Of a DNA stretch of 43,281 bases, positions 7,590-15,907 are shown piece after piece. Source of the stretch: a virus (Duplodnaviria > Caudoviricetes); the IMG/VR virus record IMGVR_UViG_3300028585_000009, positions 1 through 43,281 of that record; one strand, written 5' to 3'. The notes under the pieces are model-generated. The model saw nothing but the letters and a program-made list of their open reading frames with translations. It had not been told where the DNA came from and did no database searches. Made by a program: the position numbers and the translations under genes. The stretch's first letter is position 1; the number at the start of each line of letters is the position of its first letter.

Positions 7590-7780
7590 ACGATGCCGCC
7601 TTCCATCCGTTCGAAAGCCAGGTGTTCACGCCAACGCTCGAACGCAGCCCGAGGGGTAACGGCAATCCCCTGTATACGGCGGTTCTGCCCGACGGGGCCC
7701 CTTATGCGCCGGTGATCGCTTGAGCAAATCCAGAAGCCCAGCACGGTATTCAGGCGAATGTGTGGCTTGATAATCTTCAC
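7586..7780 (-). CDS. Hypothetical protein
   Basis: 64 aa, GTGA overlap with dnaB stop. Confidence 0.6.
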   Translation of the reverse strand: MKIIKPHIRLNTVLGFWICSSDHRRIRGPVGQNRRIQGIAVTPRAAFERWREHLAFERMEGGIV

Positions 7781-9138
7781 AGCGTCATACCTCGGTCTTG
7801 GTAGCGTGGTGGTGCTGGTCGCTCTTCAGGGTCTTCCCAGTCAGCGGCCAGGTCGGAGAACTTCGAGTACTTGCCCTGGTACCGCATACGCACAGTGCCT
7901 GGCTCGATATCGCGAGCAACGGCGATGATGATCTCTGCAACGCCGCGGTACTCGGTGTTCTGGTTATAGATTTCGTCGCGGTAGACGAAAATGATTAGGT
8001 CAGCGTCCTGCTCGATCGATCCGCTGTCGCGCAGATCGCTGGGTATCGGCCGTTTGTTCGGGCGCTGCTCGAGCGCGCGGTTTAGCTGCGAGACCAGAAT
8101 CACCGGGATGTCCAGTTCCATCGCCAGCAGCTTGGCCTGGCGGGTGATCTCGCTGATGCGCTGCACGTCGTTCTGGCGGCGGTCTTCCGCGTCAACGAGG
8201 CCGATGTGGTCGATCAGCAGGATATCCAGCCCGTGCTCGAGCTTGTGCCGCCTGGCCATGGAGCGGATTCCGCTGATCGTGATGCTGCGCCGGGCGCTCA
8301 TGTGGAACTTGGCGTCGGTGATCTTGTTCGTGACGCCGGTAAGCGCCGGCCAATGTTCGTCCAGAAGCTTGCCAGACTGCAGCACGTTCAGCGGAATGCT
8401 TCCCTCGCTGGCGATCACTCGATCCATGAGCTGCGTGTTGGACATCTCCAGGCTCACGGCGAGAGCGGATTTCTTCTGGTGCAGCGCAACGTGCGTCACG
8501 ACGTTCATCGCCAGCGTGGTCTTGCCCATCTTCGGGCGACCGGCGATCACGACGACCTGCCCGCCCTTGAGCCCCATCAGCTTTGCATCCAGCGCTTCAC
8601 TGCCAGTGCTGAGCCCGTCGAGCTCGCCATCACGCTGGAACCGGCGATCGATCTCGTCGATATGCGTTCGCAGCACGTCCTGGGCGCTGATCGTTTCCGC
8701 TGTCGCAGCCTGGCCGTTGATGCCCATGGCCAGCGCCTGCACCTGGGCGATCTTCGTTTCCGTCTGCTCGTCGCTGTCGGCGATGTCTTGGATCTCTGAG
8801 GCCATGACCTGAATCGATCGGTCGACAGAGCGCTGCAGCACGATCTGCGCGTAGGTCTTGGCGTTCGCGGCGCTGGGTGTATTGCGAAACAGCTTGTCGA
8901 GATATGGCATCGGGCTTTCACCGTCAGCCATCACGCCGATGGTCTCAGCCACCGTGATGATATCGATCGGCTTGCTCTGCGCCATCAGCTTGAGGATCGC
9001 CGCGTACACGTCGCGGTTGTCGCTGAAAAAGAAATCGCCCTTCGCCAGGTCCTTGGTCAGGGTATCGGCGAGCTCTGGGCGAATCAGGATTGCACCCAAA
9101 ACGCCCTGCTCCGCTTCGAGGCTGTAGGAATCACGCAT
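7777..9138 (-). CDS. dnaB: Replicative DNA helicase, DnaB family
   Basis: SLEAEQGVLGAIL, AGRPKMGKTT, SLEMS, LIDHIGL, SQLNR, DLRDSGSIEQDAD. Confidence 0.96.
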   Translation of the reverse strand: MRDSYSLEAEQGVLGAILIRPELADTLTKDLAKGDFFFSDNRDVYAAILKLMAQSKPIDIITVAETIGVMADGESPMPYLDKLFRNTPSAANAKTYAQIVLQRSVDRSIQVMASEIQDIADSDEQTETKIAQVQALAMGINGQAATAETISAQDVLRTHIDEIDRRFQRDGELDGLSTGSEALDAKLMGLKGGQVVVIAGRPKMGKTTLAMNVVTHVALHQKKSALAVSLEMSNTQLMDRVIASEGSIPLNVLQSGKLLDEHWPALTGVTNKITDAKFHMSARRSITISGIRSMARRHKLEHGLDILLIDHIGLVDAEDRRQNDVQRISEITRQAKLLAMELDIPVILVSQLNRALEQRPNKRPIPSDLRDSGSIEQDADLIIFVYRDEIYNQNTEYRGVAEIIIAVARDIEPGTVRMRYQGKYSKFSDLAADWEDPEERPAPPRYQDRGMTL

Positions 9139-9934
9139 TGGCTTGGTCCTTGTGGTAATTCCCTTCGAGGATCTTTTGGAAGTTGGCCGGGTTGATCAGC
9201 CAGTCCAGACAGCAACCGTTCCATGGCTTCGCTGTTCTCCCCATGAGGAAATCCGATTTGGCCACGTACTCGAAATACTTCACGAAGAAATCAGGCTCCG
9301 CGTATTTGCCCCCCCGCTTCGCGATCGAGCGTATTTTCTTCCTGCGCGCCTCGGTGATCTCCCGTGGCTGTGGAAGTGCTGGCAGCTTCTCCCGAAACGC
9401 TTCCTGGATCTTGTCGTAATCGATTCGAGGCTCTGGCTTAACGTCGCGTGGTTTGCTCGGCAAATCACATGAGCTTTTGATCTTTTCTTTATCTGTATCT
9501 GTATCTGTATCTGTTTGGTTGCCCTTTCGTTGGTACGTTCGTTCAACGTTCGTTGGAACATCCGTTGCATCGTCCGTTGAATCGTTTTCTTCAAGTGACT
9601 GTTTTGCAAGGATTCTTGCACGCGCCGAAGCCTTGCCTGCATCGCTGTTTTTCTTCTGCTTTTTGGCCACAATTTCGAGGTCAGATTCAACCCTGAAGTG
9701 AATCCATTCGGTTTTTGTGATGTGGAAAAAAGTTTTCAACACCGGCTCTATTACCTCCCACCGGTCACCCGGGAGACGAGAAATTGAGGCCAAGCGATCA
9801 GCCCGCAGTGGCTTGCCCGTCTGCCAGTAATTGAACAGCAAAAGCAGGTATGCACCGTGCTCTTCGGTCGTCAGGTGCCCGGTGTCAGCCAGATAGTCGG
9901 CAACGTACAGTTGCATGTACGGGAGCGCCGCCAT
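9131..9934 (-). CDS. Replication initiator, DUF1376/YdaU-type N-terminus
   Basis: LPYMQLYVADYLADTGHLTTEEHGAYLLLL; C-terminal DWLINPANFQKILEGNY; upstream of dnaB. Confidence 0.85.
   Translation of the reverse strand: MAALPYMQLYVADYLADTGHLTTEEHGAYLLLLFNYWQTGKPLRADRLASISRLPGDRWEVIEPVLKTFFHITKTEWIHFRVESDLEIVAKKQKKNSDAGKASARARILAKQSLEENDSTDDATDVPTNVERTYQRKGNQTDTDTDTDKEKIKSSCDLPSKPRDVKPEPRIDYDKIQEAFREKLPALPQPREITEARRKKIRSIAKRGGKYAEPDFFVKYFEYVAKSDFLMGRTAKPWNGCCLDWLINPANFQKILEGNYHKDQANA
9474..9584. other. Putative replication origin (iterons plus AT-rich tract) inside the initiator gene
   Basis: Five tandem 11-12-mers starting TYCGTT at 9526-9584, beside an AT-rich tract with ATCTGT repeats at 9474-9516. 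Confidence 0.65.
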
Positions 9935-9936
9935 GA

Positions 9937-10137
9937 TCAGTCCTCCCCCAGCGCCAAGAACTCGCTGACCTTCATGCCGAACAACTCAGCCAACTTGCTA
10001 ACCGTGCCGATCCCGCTCTGCTCCTGGTTCATCAGCTGGCCTATGTACTGCCTACTGGCCCCCATCAACTTGCACAGGTCAGCGGGCTTCATATCCCGCT
10101 TGGCCATCGCAACCCTCACACTTTTACCGACGTTCAT
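9937..10137 (-). CDS. Cro-like XRE HTH regulator
   Basis: 66 aa, DLCKLMGASRQYIGQL...VSKLAELFGMKVSEFL; first gene after leftward promoter. Confidence 0.8.
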   Translation of the reverse strand: MNVGKSVRVAMAKRDMKPADLCKLMGASRQYIGQLMNQEQSGIGTVSKLAELFGMKVSEFLALGED

Positions 10138-10173
10138 GCTGTCCGCCTCCCTGGGCGTTTTACTGATGGCCGG

Positions 10174-10203
10174 ATTCTAGTCAGTTGCTTTACCTATTAG
10201 CAA
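10174..10203 (-). promoter_or_regulatory. Leftward early promoter
   Basis: TTGCTA, 18-bp spacer, TAGAAT. Confidence 0.6.
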
Positions 10204-10225
10204 GCAAATAACTTTAATTATTCTG

Positions 10226-10254
10226 TTGACAGGGTAAGCCGCGAAATCTAAAGT
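10226..10254 (+). promoter_or_regulatory. Rightward early promoter
   Basis: TTGACA, 17-bp spacer, TAAAGT, with AT-rich upstream element. Confidence 0.8.
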
Positions 10255-10287
10255 TCGGCTCAGCCTCACCGACCAAGCGAGCAGACA

Positions 10288-10530
10288 ATGGCAACCACGC
10301 AGACGATCGAAATCGGTCGCCGCTCACTCGACATCGAGATACAGAGCGTCGACCTGGCGAAGCGCAGCATTACCTGGCGCATCGACTACGAACGCGAATA
10401 CAACGAGCACGGCAGGCTGATCTGCTGCGGCTTCCACGAACCACGGCTGGAGAAGATCACCCGCGACGATGGCGTGCTGATCGAGGCGGCACTGTGGGAC
10501 ATCATCGACCGAGAAGGAATGAGCGAATGA
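10288..10530 (+). CDS. Hypothetical early protein
   Basis: 80 aa, first gene after rightward promoter. Confidence 0.7.
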   Translation: MATTQTIEIGRRSLDIEIQSVDLAKRSITWRIDYEREYNEHGRLICCGFHEPRLEKITRDDGVLIEAALWDIIDREGMSE

Positions 10531-11039
10531 ACCAGCAACAGAAAATTGACAAGTTGGCCGAAGCGTTGCGCGATCTCGTGGCGGTGCTCAGCCGCGATCT
10601 GGACGGTTTGAAGCTGATCCAGCCAGAGCTGCGCCAAGCTGAACAGGCGCTGGGCTGCTTGGATATCGTCGACGCCGAGGTCGTAACCTGGAACGGCGAA
10701 GGCCTGCCGCCGGTTGGGACGGTGTGTGAATACCGCTGCGGCTATGTTGAGCAGCCTTACGAATTCTCTCAATGCACTGTCATCGCCCATTTCGACGGCG
10801 AGTCCGGTAAGCGGCTGGCCGCATTCACCTACGTTGGGCACGACGGAGTTGTCCAGCTTGGCAGAGGGGCACCTAGCCTATTCCGCCCAATCCGCACGCC
10901 CGAGCAGATCGCGGCGGATGAGCGAGAGAAGGTGATAAGCCAAATTGCCATTGATGCCCTGCGCGGGAGTGGTGAACTTATCAATAAAGAATGGTGCGCA
11001 AACCTCCACGATTCCGGCTGGCGTAAGGTGCAACCATGA
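10527..11039 (+). CDS. Hypothetical early protein (WNGEGLPPVGTVCE family)
   Basis: Start MNQQQ by ATGA overlap; motif I associate with Pseudomonas phage proteins. Confidence 0.7.
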   Translation: MNQQQKIDKLAEALRDLVAVLSRDLDGLKLIQPELRQAEQALGCLDIVDAEVVTWNGEGLPPVGTVCEYRCGYVEQPYEFSQCTVIAHFDGESGKRLAAFTYVGHDGVVQLGRGAPSLFRPIRTPEQIAADEREKVISQIAIDALRGSGELINKEWCANLHDSGWRKVQP

Positions 11040-11275
11040 CCCGCGCCGAAATCCGCAAGCAGTACCAGGAAGAGCTGGGCGTCGACATCGAGCGCTTCAT
11101 CGATGCAGAGCTCGCCGCCATCACCCGAAGCTACAACGGTTGCCACAACCGCGCCGTGGGGATGATCGATATGGCCATGGGGCTGCGCCTGCTTTCCGGC
11201 GAGCGCTGTGACGTTCTCAAGCAGCAGGCCCTGGCCATCAGCCGCGCCCGCGTTCAGCAAATCGAGGTGTCGTGA
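11036..11275 (+). CDS. Hypothetical early protein
   Basis: 79 aa, ATGA overlap, AAGGTG RBS. Confidence 0.7.
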   Translation: MTRAEIRKQYQEELGVDIERFIDAELAAITRSYNGCHNRAVGMIDMAMGLRLLSGERCDVLKQQALAISRARVQQIEVS

Positions 11276-11457
11276 TGATTCTTCTGATGATCACCGTCTG
11301 CGCCACCGCGGCGATGGACGATTGCTGGGTCAGCCGCCTGGGCGAGTTCGAAACGCCGATTGCCTGCACCATGGCCAAGCAGCGCGCCGAGATCGTGCTG
11401 GGCCGCGGGCCTGATCAGAACTACCGTCTGGACTGTGAAGAAGGGGAGGAGGTCTGA
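11272..11457 (+). CDS. Small exported Cys-containing protein
   Basis: Hydrophobic N-terminus, four Cys, GAGGTG RBS. Confidence 0.6.
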   Translation: MMILLMITVCATAAMDDCWVSRLGEFETPIACTMAKQRAEIVLGRGPDQNYRLDCEEGEEV

Positions 11458-11738
11458 TGGAAATCGGCGACCACACCAGCACAGCGCTCCGCGCCCTTGA
11501 GCAGAAGGTCTTCGACGAGCTCGCTGGATGCGTGTCGAGCCAGCTTGAGAATGATGTCTCACGCGCCGAAATCGCAGAACTCTGCTGCAGTGGTCGCCTT
11601 GTTGCTCACCACTTCCAGGCGGATGGCGCGACGGTCTACATCCTGGGCGAGAAACAAATTCTCTACGTCGGAAAGGTTACGTTTTCGATGGACGGGGACA
11701 CCATCACCGCAAGCCAACAAATTCAGAGGCTGATATGA
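11457..11738 (+). CDS. Hypothetical early protein
   Basis: 93 aa, TGATG overlap, GGAGG RBS. Confidence 0.7.
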   Translation: MEIGDHTSTALRALEQKVFDELAGCVSSQLENDVSRAEIAELCCSGRLVAHHFQADGATVYILGEKQILYVGKVTFSMDGDTITASQQIQRLI

Positions 11739-12043
11739 GTACTTCGCCAGTAGCAAGCACGACTGATGACGAGCTGGAGTCTTTGGTCCAGGACAACAAA
11801 GGATATCTGCCGCAAGGTCGCGCATTCATCACGCATGGGCAGCTGCAGGGCCTGTTCGCCCGCCTCCGCGCCGCCGAGAAGGACGCGGCGCGGTATCGGT
11901 GGCTGCGTGACGAGGCTCTGCATGTTTCGACTGAATCCCCGGCTGTAGTGGTTGCTGACGAATTCGGCAATCAGTGTGAAGGAATTCTTTATGAGCAATT
12001 CCTAGACAGAGCAATAGACGGGGCCATGGAGCAGCAGCCATGA
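11735..12043 (+). CDS. Ead/Ea22-like early protein
   Basis: ARLRAAEKDAARYRWLRD motif. Confidence 0.6.
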   Translation: MSTSPVASTTDDELESLVQDNKGYLPQGRAFITHGQLQGLFARLRAAEKDAARYRWLRDEALHVSTESPAVVVADEFGNQCEGILYEQFLDRAIDGAMEQQP

Positions 12044-12357
12044 GCAAGCACACACCAGGGCCGTGGTCTTTTTGGTCTGGATACAACCACGTTGACAAAA
12101 TCGAGGCGCAGGTAACGGCCGAAGATGGCGACATCGTTATAGCCTCATACAACCACATGATTGCAGAGGGCGAGAACAACGCCAGATTGATCGCCGCCGC
12201 GCCTGATCTGCTGGGGTCTCTTGAGGATTGCGTTTCAGAGCTTGAGTTGTACGCGAATACTCATCACCCGAAGGGTGCAGATGGAGCCAGGGATCATATG
12301 GTGAAAATCATGCTAGCCCGATCAGCCATCGCTAAAGCCCGAGGCGAGCAACCATGA
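12040..12357 (+). CDS. Conserved phage early protein (HTPGPW...NARLIAAAPDLL)
   Basis: Characteristic motifs; ATGA overlap. Confidence 0.75.
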   Translation: MSKHTPGPWSFWSGYNHVDKIEAQVTAEDGDIVIASYNHMIAEGENNARLIAAAPDLLGSLEDCVSELELYANTHHPKGADGARDHMVKIMLARSAIAKARGEQP

Positions 12358-12536
12358 CCCTGAACCAGCAGTACTCCGAAGCCATGCACGACGGCGATCA
12401 CGCCCGCTGCATTCGCATCGAAGAACAAAACGGCCTGTACGGCTACCCGCCTGAGCTGGTGTCCACCGGCCTGGCTGAAGTCGACGCCGGCCGCGATCCG
12501 ATGCCGGCGATCAACGCAATCATCGAGGGCAAGTGA
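12354..12536 (+). CDS. Hypothetical protein
   Basis: 60 aa, overlaps both neighbours. Confidence 0.65.
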   Translation: MTLNQQYSEAMHDGDHARCIRIEEQNGLYGYPPELVSTGLAEVDAGRDPMPAINAIIEGK

Positions 12537-13438
12537 TGGGCACCATGCAGCCAGTCGGCGAGCTCGATCGCCAGCGCTACCTGGGCGGCAGCGACATTGC
12601 CGCCATCCTGGGCGCCAGCCCGTGGCGCACCCCGCTGGACGTGTACCTGGACAAGACCGAAGGGTCGCAGCCGGTCACCGCGGACAAGGCCAAGATATTC
12701 AAGCGCGGCGCCCGGATGGAGCCATATATTTTGGATCTGCTGGCAGAAGAGCACGGCGTCGAGATCGTGGCGCGCAATAACCGCTACGTCGACCCGGTGC
12801 ACAACTTCCTGGCCGCGGAGATCGATGCCGAGGCCGCGACCGGTGAGAACATCGAGGCGAAGTCCGCGAACCAGTTCGCCGCGAAGAATTGGGGCGAGCA
12901 GGGCACCGACGCGATCCCGGTGTACTACAGCGCCCAGGGCATGCACGGAATGATGATCACCGGCGCGCCTGCCACGATCTTCCCGGTGCTGATCGGGAGC
13001 GACGATTTCCGTGTCTACCGCCTGGAGCGCGACGAGGAACTGATCGGCATTATCCGCGAGAAAGAGGTCGCATTCTGGGATCGCATTCAGCGCCGCGAAC
13101 CGCCGGAGCCGACCAACGTGGCCGACCTACTGCGCCTGCACCCGAAGTCGGACGGCGCAATCATCCAGGCAAGTGATGCGATTCTCGATCGCTTCAACGA
13201 GATGAAGGCGATGATGAAGCGCCGCGATATGCTCGACAGCGACATCGAGGACGCCAAGCTGGAACTGCAGATGTTCATGCGCCAGGCCGGCATGCTCAAG
13301 TTCGGCGCCACCCCGCTGTGCACCTGGCGCGAGCAGGACACCACCCGCTTCAGCCTCGAACCGTTCCGTAACAAGTACCCGAAACTCGCGAAGAAATTCA
13401 GCGAAACCACCACCAGCCGCGTTTTCCGCGTCCGATAG
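12533..13438 (+). CDS. YqaJ-like (lambda exo family) exonuclease
   Basis: RYLGGSDIAAILGASPWRTPLDVYLDK, AEIDA, IEAK, IPVYYSAQ. Confidence 0.92.
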   Translation: MMGTMQPVGELDRQRYLGGSDIAAILGASPWRTPLDVYLDKTEGSQPVTADKAKIFKRGARMEPYILDLLAEEHGVEIVARNNRYVDPVHNFLAAEIDAEAATGENIEAKSANQFAAKNWGEQGTDAIPVYYSAQGMHGMMITGAPATIFPVLIGSDDFRVYRLERDEELIGIIREKEVAFWDRIQRREPPEPTNVADLLRLHPKSDGAIIQASDAILDRFNEMKAMMKRRDMLDSDIEDAKLELQMFMRQAGMLKFGATPLCTWREQDTTRFSLEPFRNKYPKLAKKFSETTTSRVFRVR

Positions 13439-13450
13439 GAGATTCACCAA

Positions 13451-14344
13451 ATGTCAGGTCAACAGCTACGAGAAGCGGCCGGCACAACGCCGGTCACCAG
13501 CAACAAAGCCAAGGACATCGCCAGCCTGATGTCGTCGCCGGCAGTTGCCGCCCAGATGCGCCTGGCCATGCCCAAGCACATGACGGCCGATCGCATGATG
13601 CGCATCGCGCTGACCGAGATCCGCAAGGTCCCGGCGCTGGGCAAGTGCAATATCGAGTCCTTCATGGGCGCGATCATGCAGTGCGCGCAGCTCGGCCTCG
13701 AGCCCGGCAGCGCCCTGGGCCACGCCTACCTTCTGCCCTTCGGCAACGGCAAGGCTGCCGACAACAAAGCCAACTGCCAGCTGATCATTGGTTACCGCGG
13801 CATGATTGACCTGGCTCGCCGCTCCGACCAGATCGTCAGCCTCAGCGCGCGATCTGTGCACGCCAACGATGATTTCCGTTACAGCTACGGCCTGCACGAA
13901 GACCTGCACCACGTCCCCGCCGCTGGCGACCGCGGCGACCTGACCCACGTTTATGCCGTGGCTCGCCTCAAGGGTGGCGGCGTGCAGTTCGAGGTCATGA
14001 GCCGCGAAGACGTGCAGAAGGTGCAGAAACAGAGCAAGGCCGGCAGCAATGGCCCCTGGGTCAGCCACTTCGACGAGATGGCGAAGAAGACAGTGATCCG
14101 CCGCCTGTTCAAATATCTGCCGGTCAGCATCGAGATTCAGTCCGCTGTCACACTGGACGAGCGCGCCGAGGCTGGTATCGATCAGGACAACGCTGCAGCC
14201 CTTACCGGCGAATACCAGGTTGTCGGTGACGACGTGGTGAACACCGGCACCGGCGAGATCCAGCAGGATCAGCAGGAAGAAGAACAGCAGCAGGAAGCAC
14301 CGGCTCAGCGCCAAAAGCGCGCTGACACGCCGAGCATGGATTAA
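13451..14344 (+). CDS. recT: RecT single-strand annealing protein
   Basis: CAQLGLEPGSALGHAYLLPF, LIIGYRGMIDLARRS, EMAKKTVIRRLFKYLPVS. Confidence 0.95.
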   Translation: MSGQQLREAAGTTPVTSNKAKDIASLMSSPAVAAQMRLAMPKHMTADRMMRIALTEIRKVPALGKCNIESFMGAIMQCAQLGLEPGSALGHAYLLPFGNGKAADNKANCQLIIGYRGMIDLARRSDQIVSLSARSVHANDDFRYSYGLHEDLHHVPAAGDRGDLTHVYAVARLKGGGVQFEVMSREDVQKVQKQSKAGSNGPWVSHFDEMAKKTVIRRLFKYLPVSIEIQSAVTLDERAEAGIDQDNAAALTGEYQVVGDDVVNTGTGEIQQDQQEEEQQQEAPAQRQKRADTPSMD

Positions 14345-14416
14345 GCAACGCCCGCCCGGTTCGCCGGGCAACCCAATACCCTCCGCCCAAATGGGCATCG
14401 ACCAAGGAAGCAACCC

Positions 14417-15424
14417 ATGAAGTACGAACATAAAGCGATCATTGACGCCGCCAACCGTGAAGGGAAATCCCCGTCCGAGATCGCCCACGAACTGCTCGGC
14501 CATGACCTGCTGAAGGCCATGGTCACCAGCATCAGCAAACCCGCCGTCGCGTTCAGCAAAATGAGCGAGCAGCAACAAGAGGCCCTGATCGAAGACCTGC
14601 GCCGCGAGCTGCTGCCAGCCATCAGCACCGCCATCGGCGTGATCGCTTCCAACAACACCCACACCGTCCGCATGAAACTGAAGAAAATGGCGGTCGGCAC
14701 CAACTACCAGATCACCGGCCAGGTGGACAAGACGCAAGACTTCATCCATGAGCTGATGGACAAGACACACGACCAGAGCGACGTACTGATCGTGCTGCAC
14801 GAACGCGACTACGTGCAGGCTCTGGACGCCATCAAAGGCGAGAAGGACCAGAAAGAACTGCCGATCGAAACCACCAGCGATCAGCCAGCCAAGGGAAGCA
14901 AGGCCAAGAAGTCCGACCCGAAAACAGCAGCTCAGCCAAAGGCCAAAGAGATCGATCTCACCCCTGGTCTGATCGGCCAGGCCCAGGAGTTCGCGCAGAA
15001 GTTCCAGAACGCCACGCACGCCGGCCTGCAGAACCAGCTGAAAATCGGTTTCGATAAAGCCGAGGCTCTGCTGGCCAAGCTGGAAGAAACCGGGCACGTC
15101 ACTGCGGCCGACAAAGACGGCAACCGCAAGGTGATCCGCAAGGAAGAACTGCAGGTTCTCGAAGCTGCAGCGACTCCAAAGCAAGAAGACAAGCCCGCCA
15201 TTGCTACCGATGACGACGGTTTTGTCGTCATGAGCGACGAGCTGTTCGAGGCCGCACGCAGCAAGGTGGTCAAGGAACAGAAGTTCAGCAAAGGCGCCCT
15301 GGCGGTGGCCTTCGACCTGGATGATCCTGTCGTACAGGAGCTGATTACCCGCCTCGAGTCCGAGGGCGTGATCAGCGAAGCCGACGAGATGGGCGCCCGC
15401 GAGGTGTACGAACTGCCGGACTGA
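14417..15424 (+). CDS. Protein with two FtsK gamma-like winged-helix domains, no motor domain
   Basis: LQNQLKIGFDKAEALLAKLEETGHV and DELFEAA...LITRLESEGVIS...REV. Confidence 0.7.
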   Translation: MKYEHKAIIDAANREGKSPSEIAHELLGHDLLKAMVTSISKPAVAFSKMSEQQQEALIEDLRRELLPAISTAIGVIASNNTHTVRMKLKKMAVGTNYQITGQVDKTQDFIHELMDKTHDQSDVLIVLHERDYVQALDAIKGEKDQKELPIETTSDQPAKGSKAKKSDPKTAAQPKAKEIDLTPGLIGQAQEFAQKFQNATHAGLQNQLKIGFDKAEALLAKLEETGHVTAADKDGNRKVIRKEELQVLEAAATPKQEDKPAIATDDDGFVVMSDELFEAARSKVVKEQKFSKGALAVAFDLDDPVVQELITRLESEGVISEADEMGAREVYELPD

Positions 15425-15437
15425 TCGAAGAAAATTG

Positions 15438-15466
15438 AGAAAGGGGCCTTATGGCCCTTTTCTTTT
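15438..15466 (+). terminator. Intrinsic terminator
   Basis: AGAAAGGGGCC-ttat-GGCCCTTTTCTTTT. Confidence 0.75.
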
Positions 15467-15516
15467 GCCCAAAATACGGCAATACTCCGCAGCACAGCAC
15501 AAAAGGAGAGTGGGAA

Positions 15517-15726
15517 ATGGAAGTCGCCAAGCCAGTCGAGAGCGCCGTAAAACCAGCCTGCTGGGTTGCGACCCGCATCCGGGACGGCGCCATGATCGGG
15601 CAGTACTTCCACCCGCGAACCTTTGCTCAGCTGAGCACCGCTGTTTACCGAATCGAGACGGCCGAGCAGTACCTGTGCCGGATCGGTGCCAGATCGCAAA
15701 GCCCAACGAGAAACCGAAATGGCTGA
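15517..15726 (+). CDS. Hypothetical protein
   Basis: 69 aa from MEVAKP, AGGAGAG upstream. Confidence 0.55.
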   Translation: MEVAKPVESAVKPACWVATRIRDGAMIGQYFHPRTFAQLSTAVYRIETAEQYLCRIGARSQSPTRNRNG

Positions 15727-15907
15727 AAACCTGCTGACCAAAAAAGAACTGGCCGAACGCCTGGGCGTCTCGACTGAACAGATCAGACTTTTGATCAAGG
15801 CAAAAAAAATCACCGGCGGCTACAAGGTCGGTGCGTTCACTAAATACATGCTGAGCGAAGTGCTTGCCCAGCTCGCTACCAAAACCAAAGAAGGCGACCA
15901 GCAATGA
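15719..15907 (+). CDS. Excisionase/AlpA-like HTH protein
   Basis: LLTKKELAERLGVSTEQIRLLIK...YKVG. Confidence 0.75.
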   Translation: MAENLLTKKELAERLGVSTEQIRLLIKAKKITGGYKVGAFTKYMLSEVLAQLATKTKEGDQQ

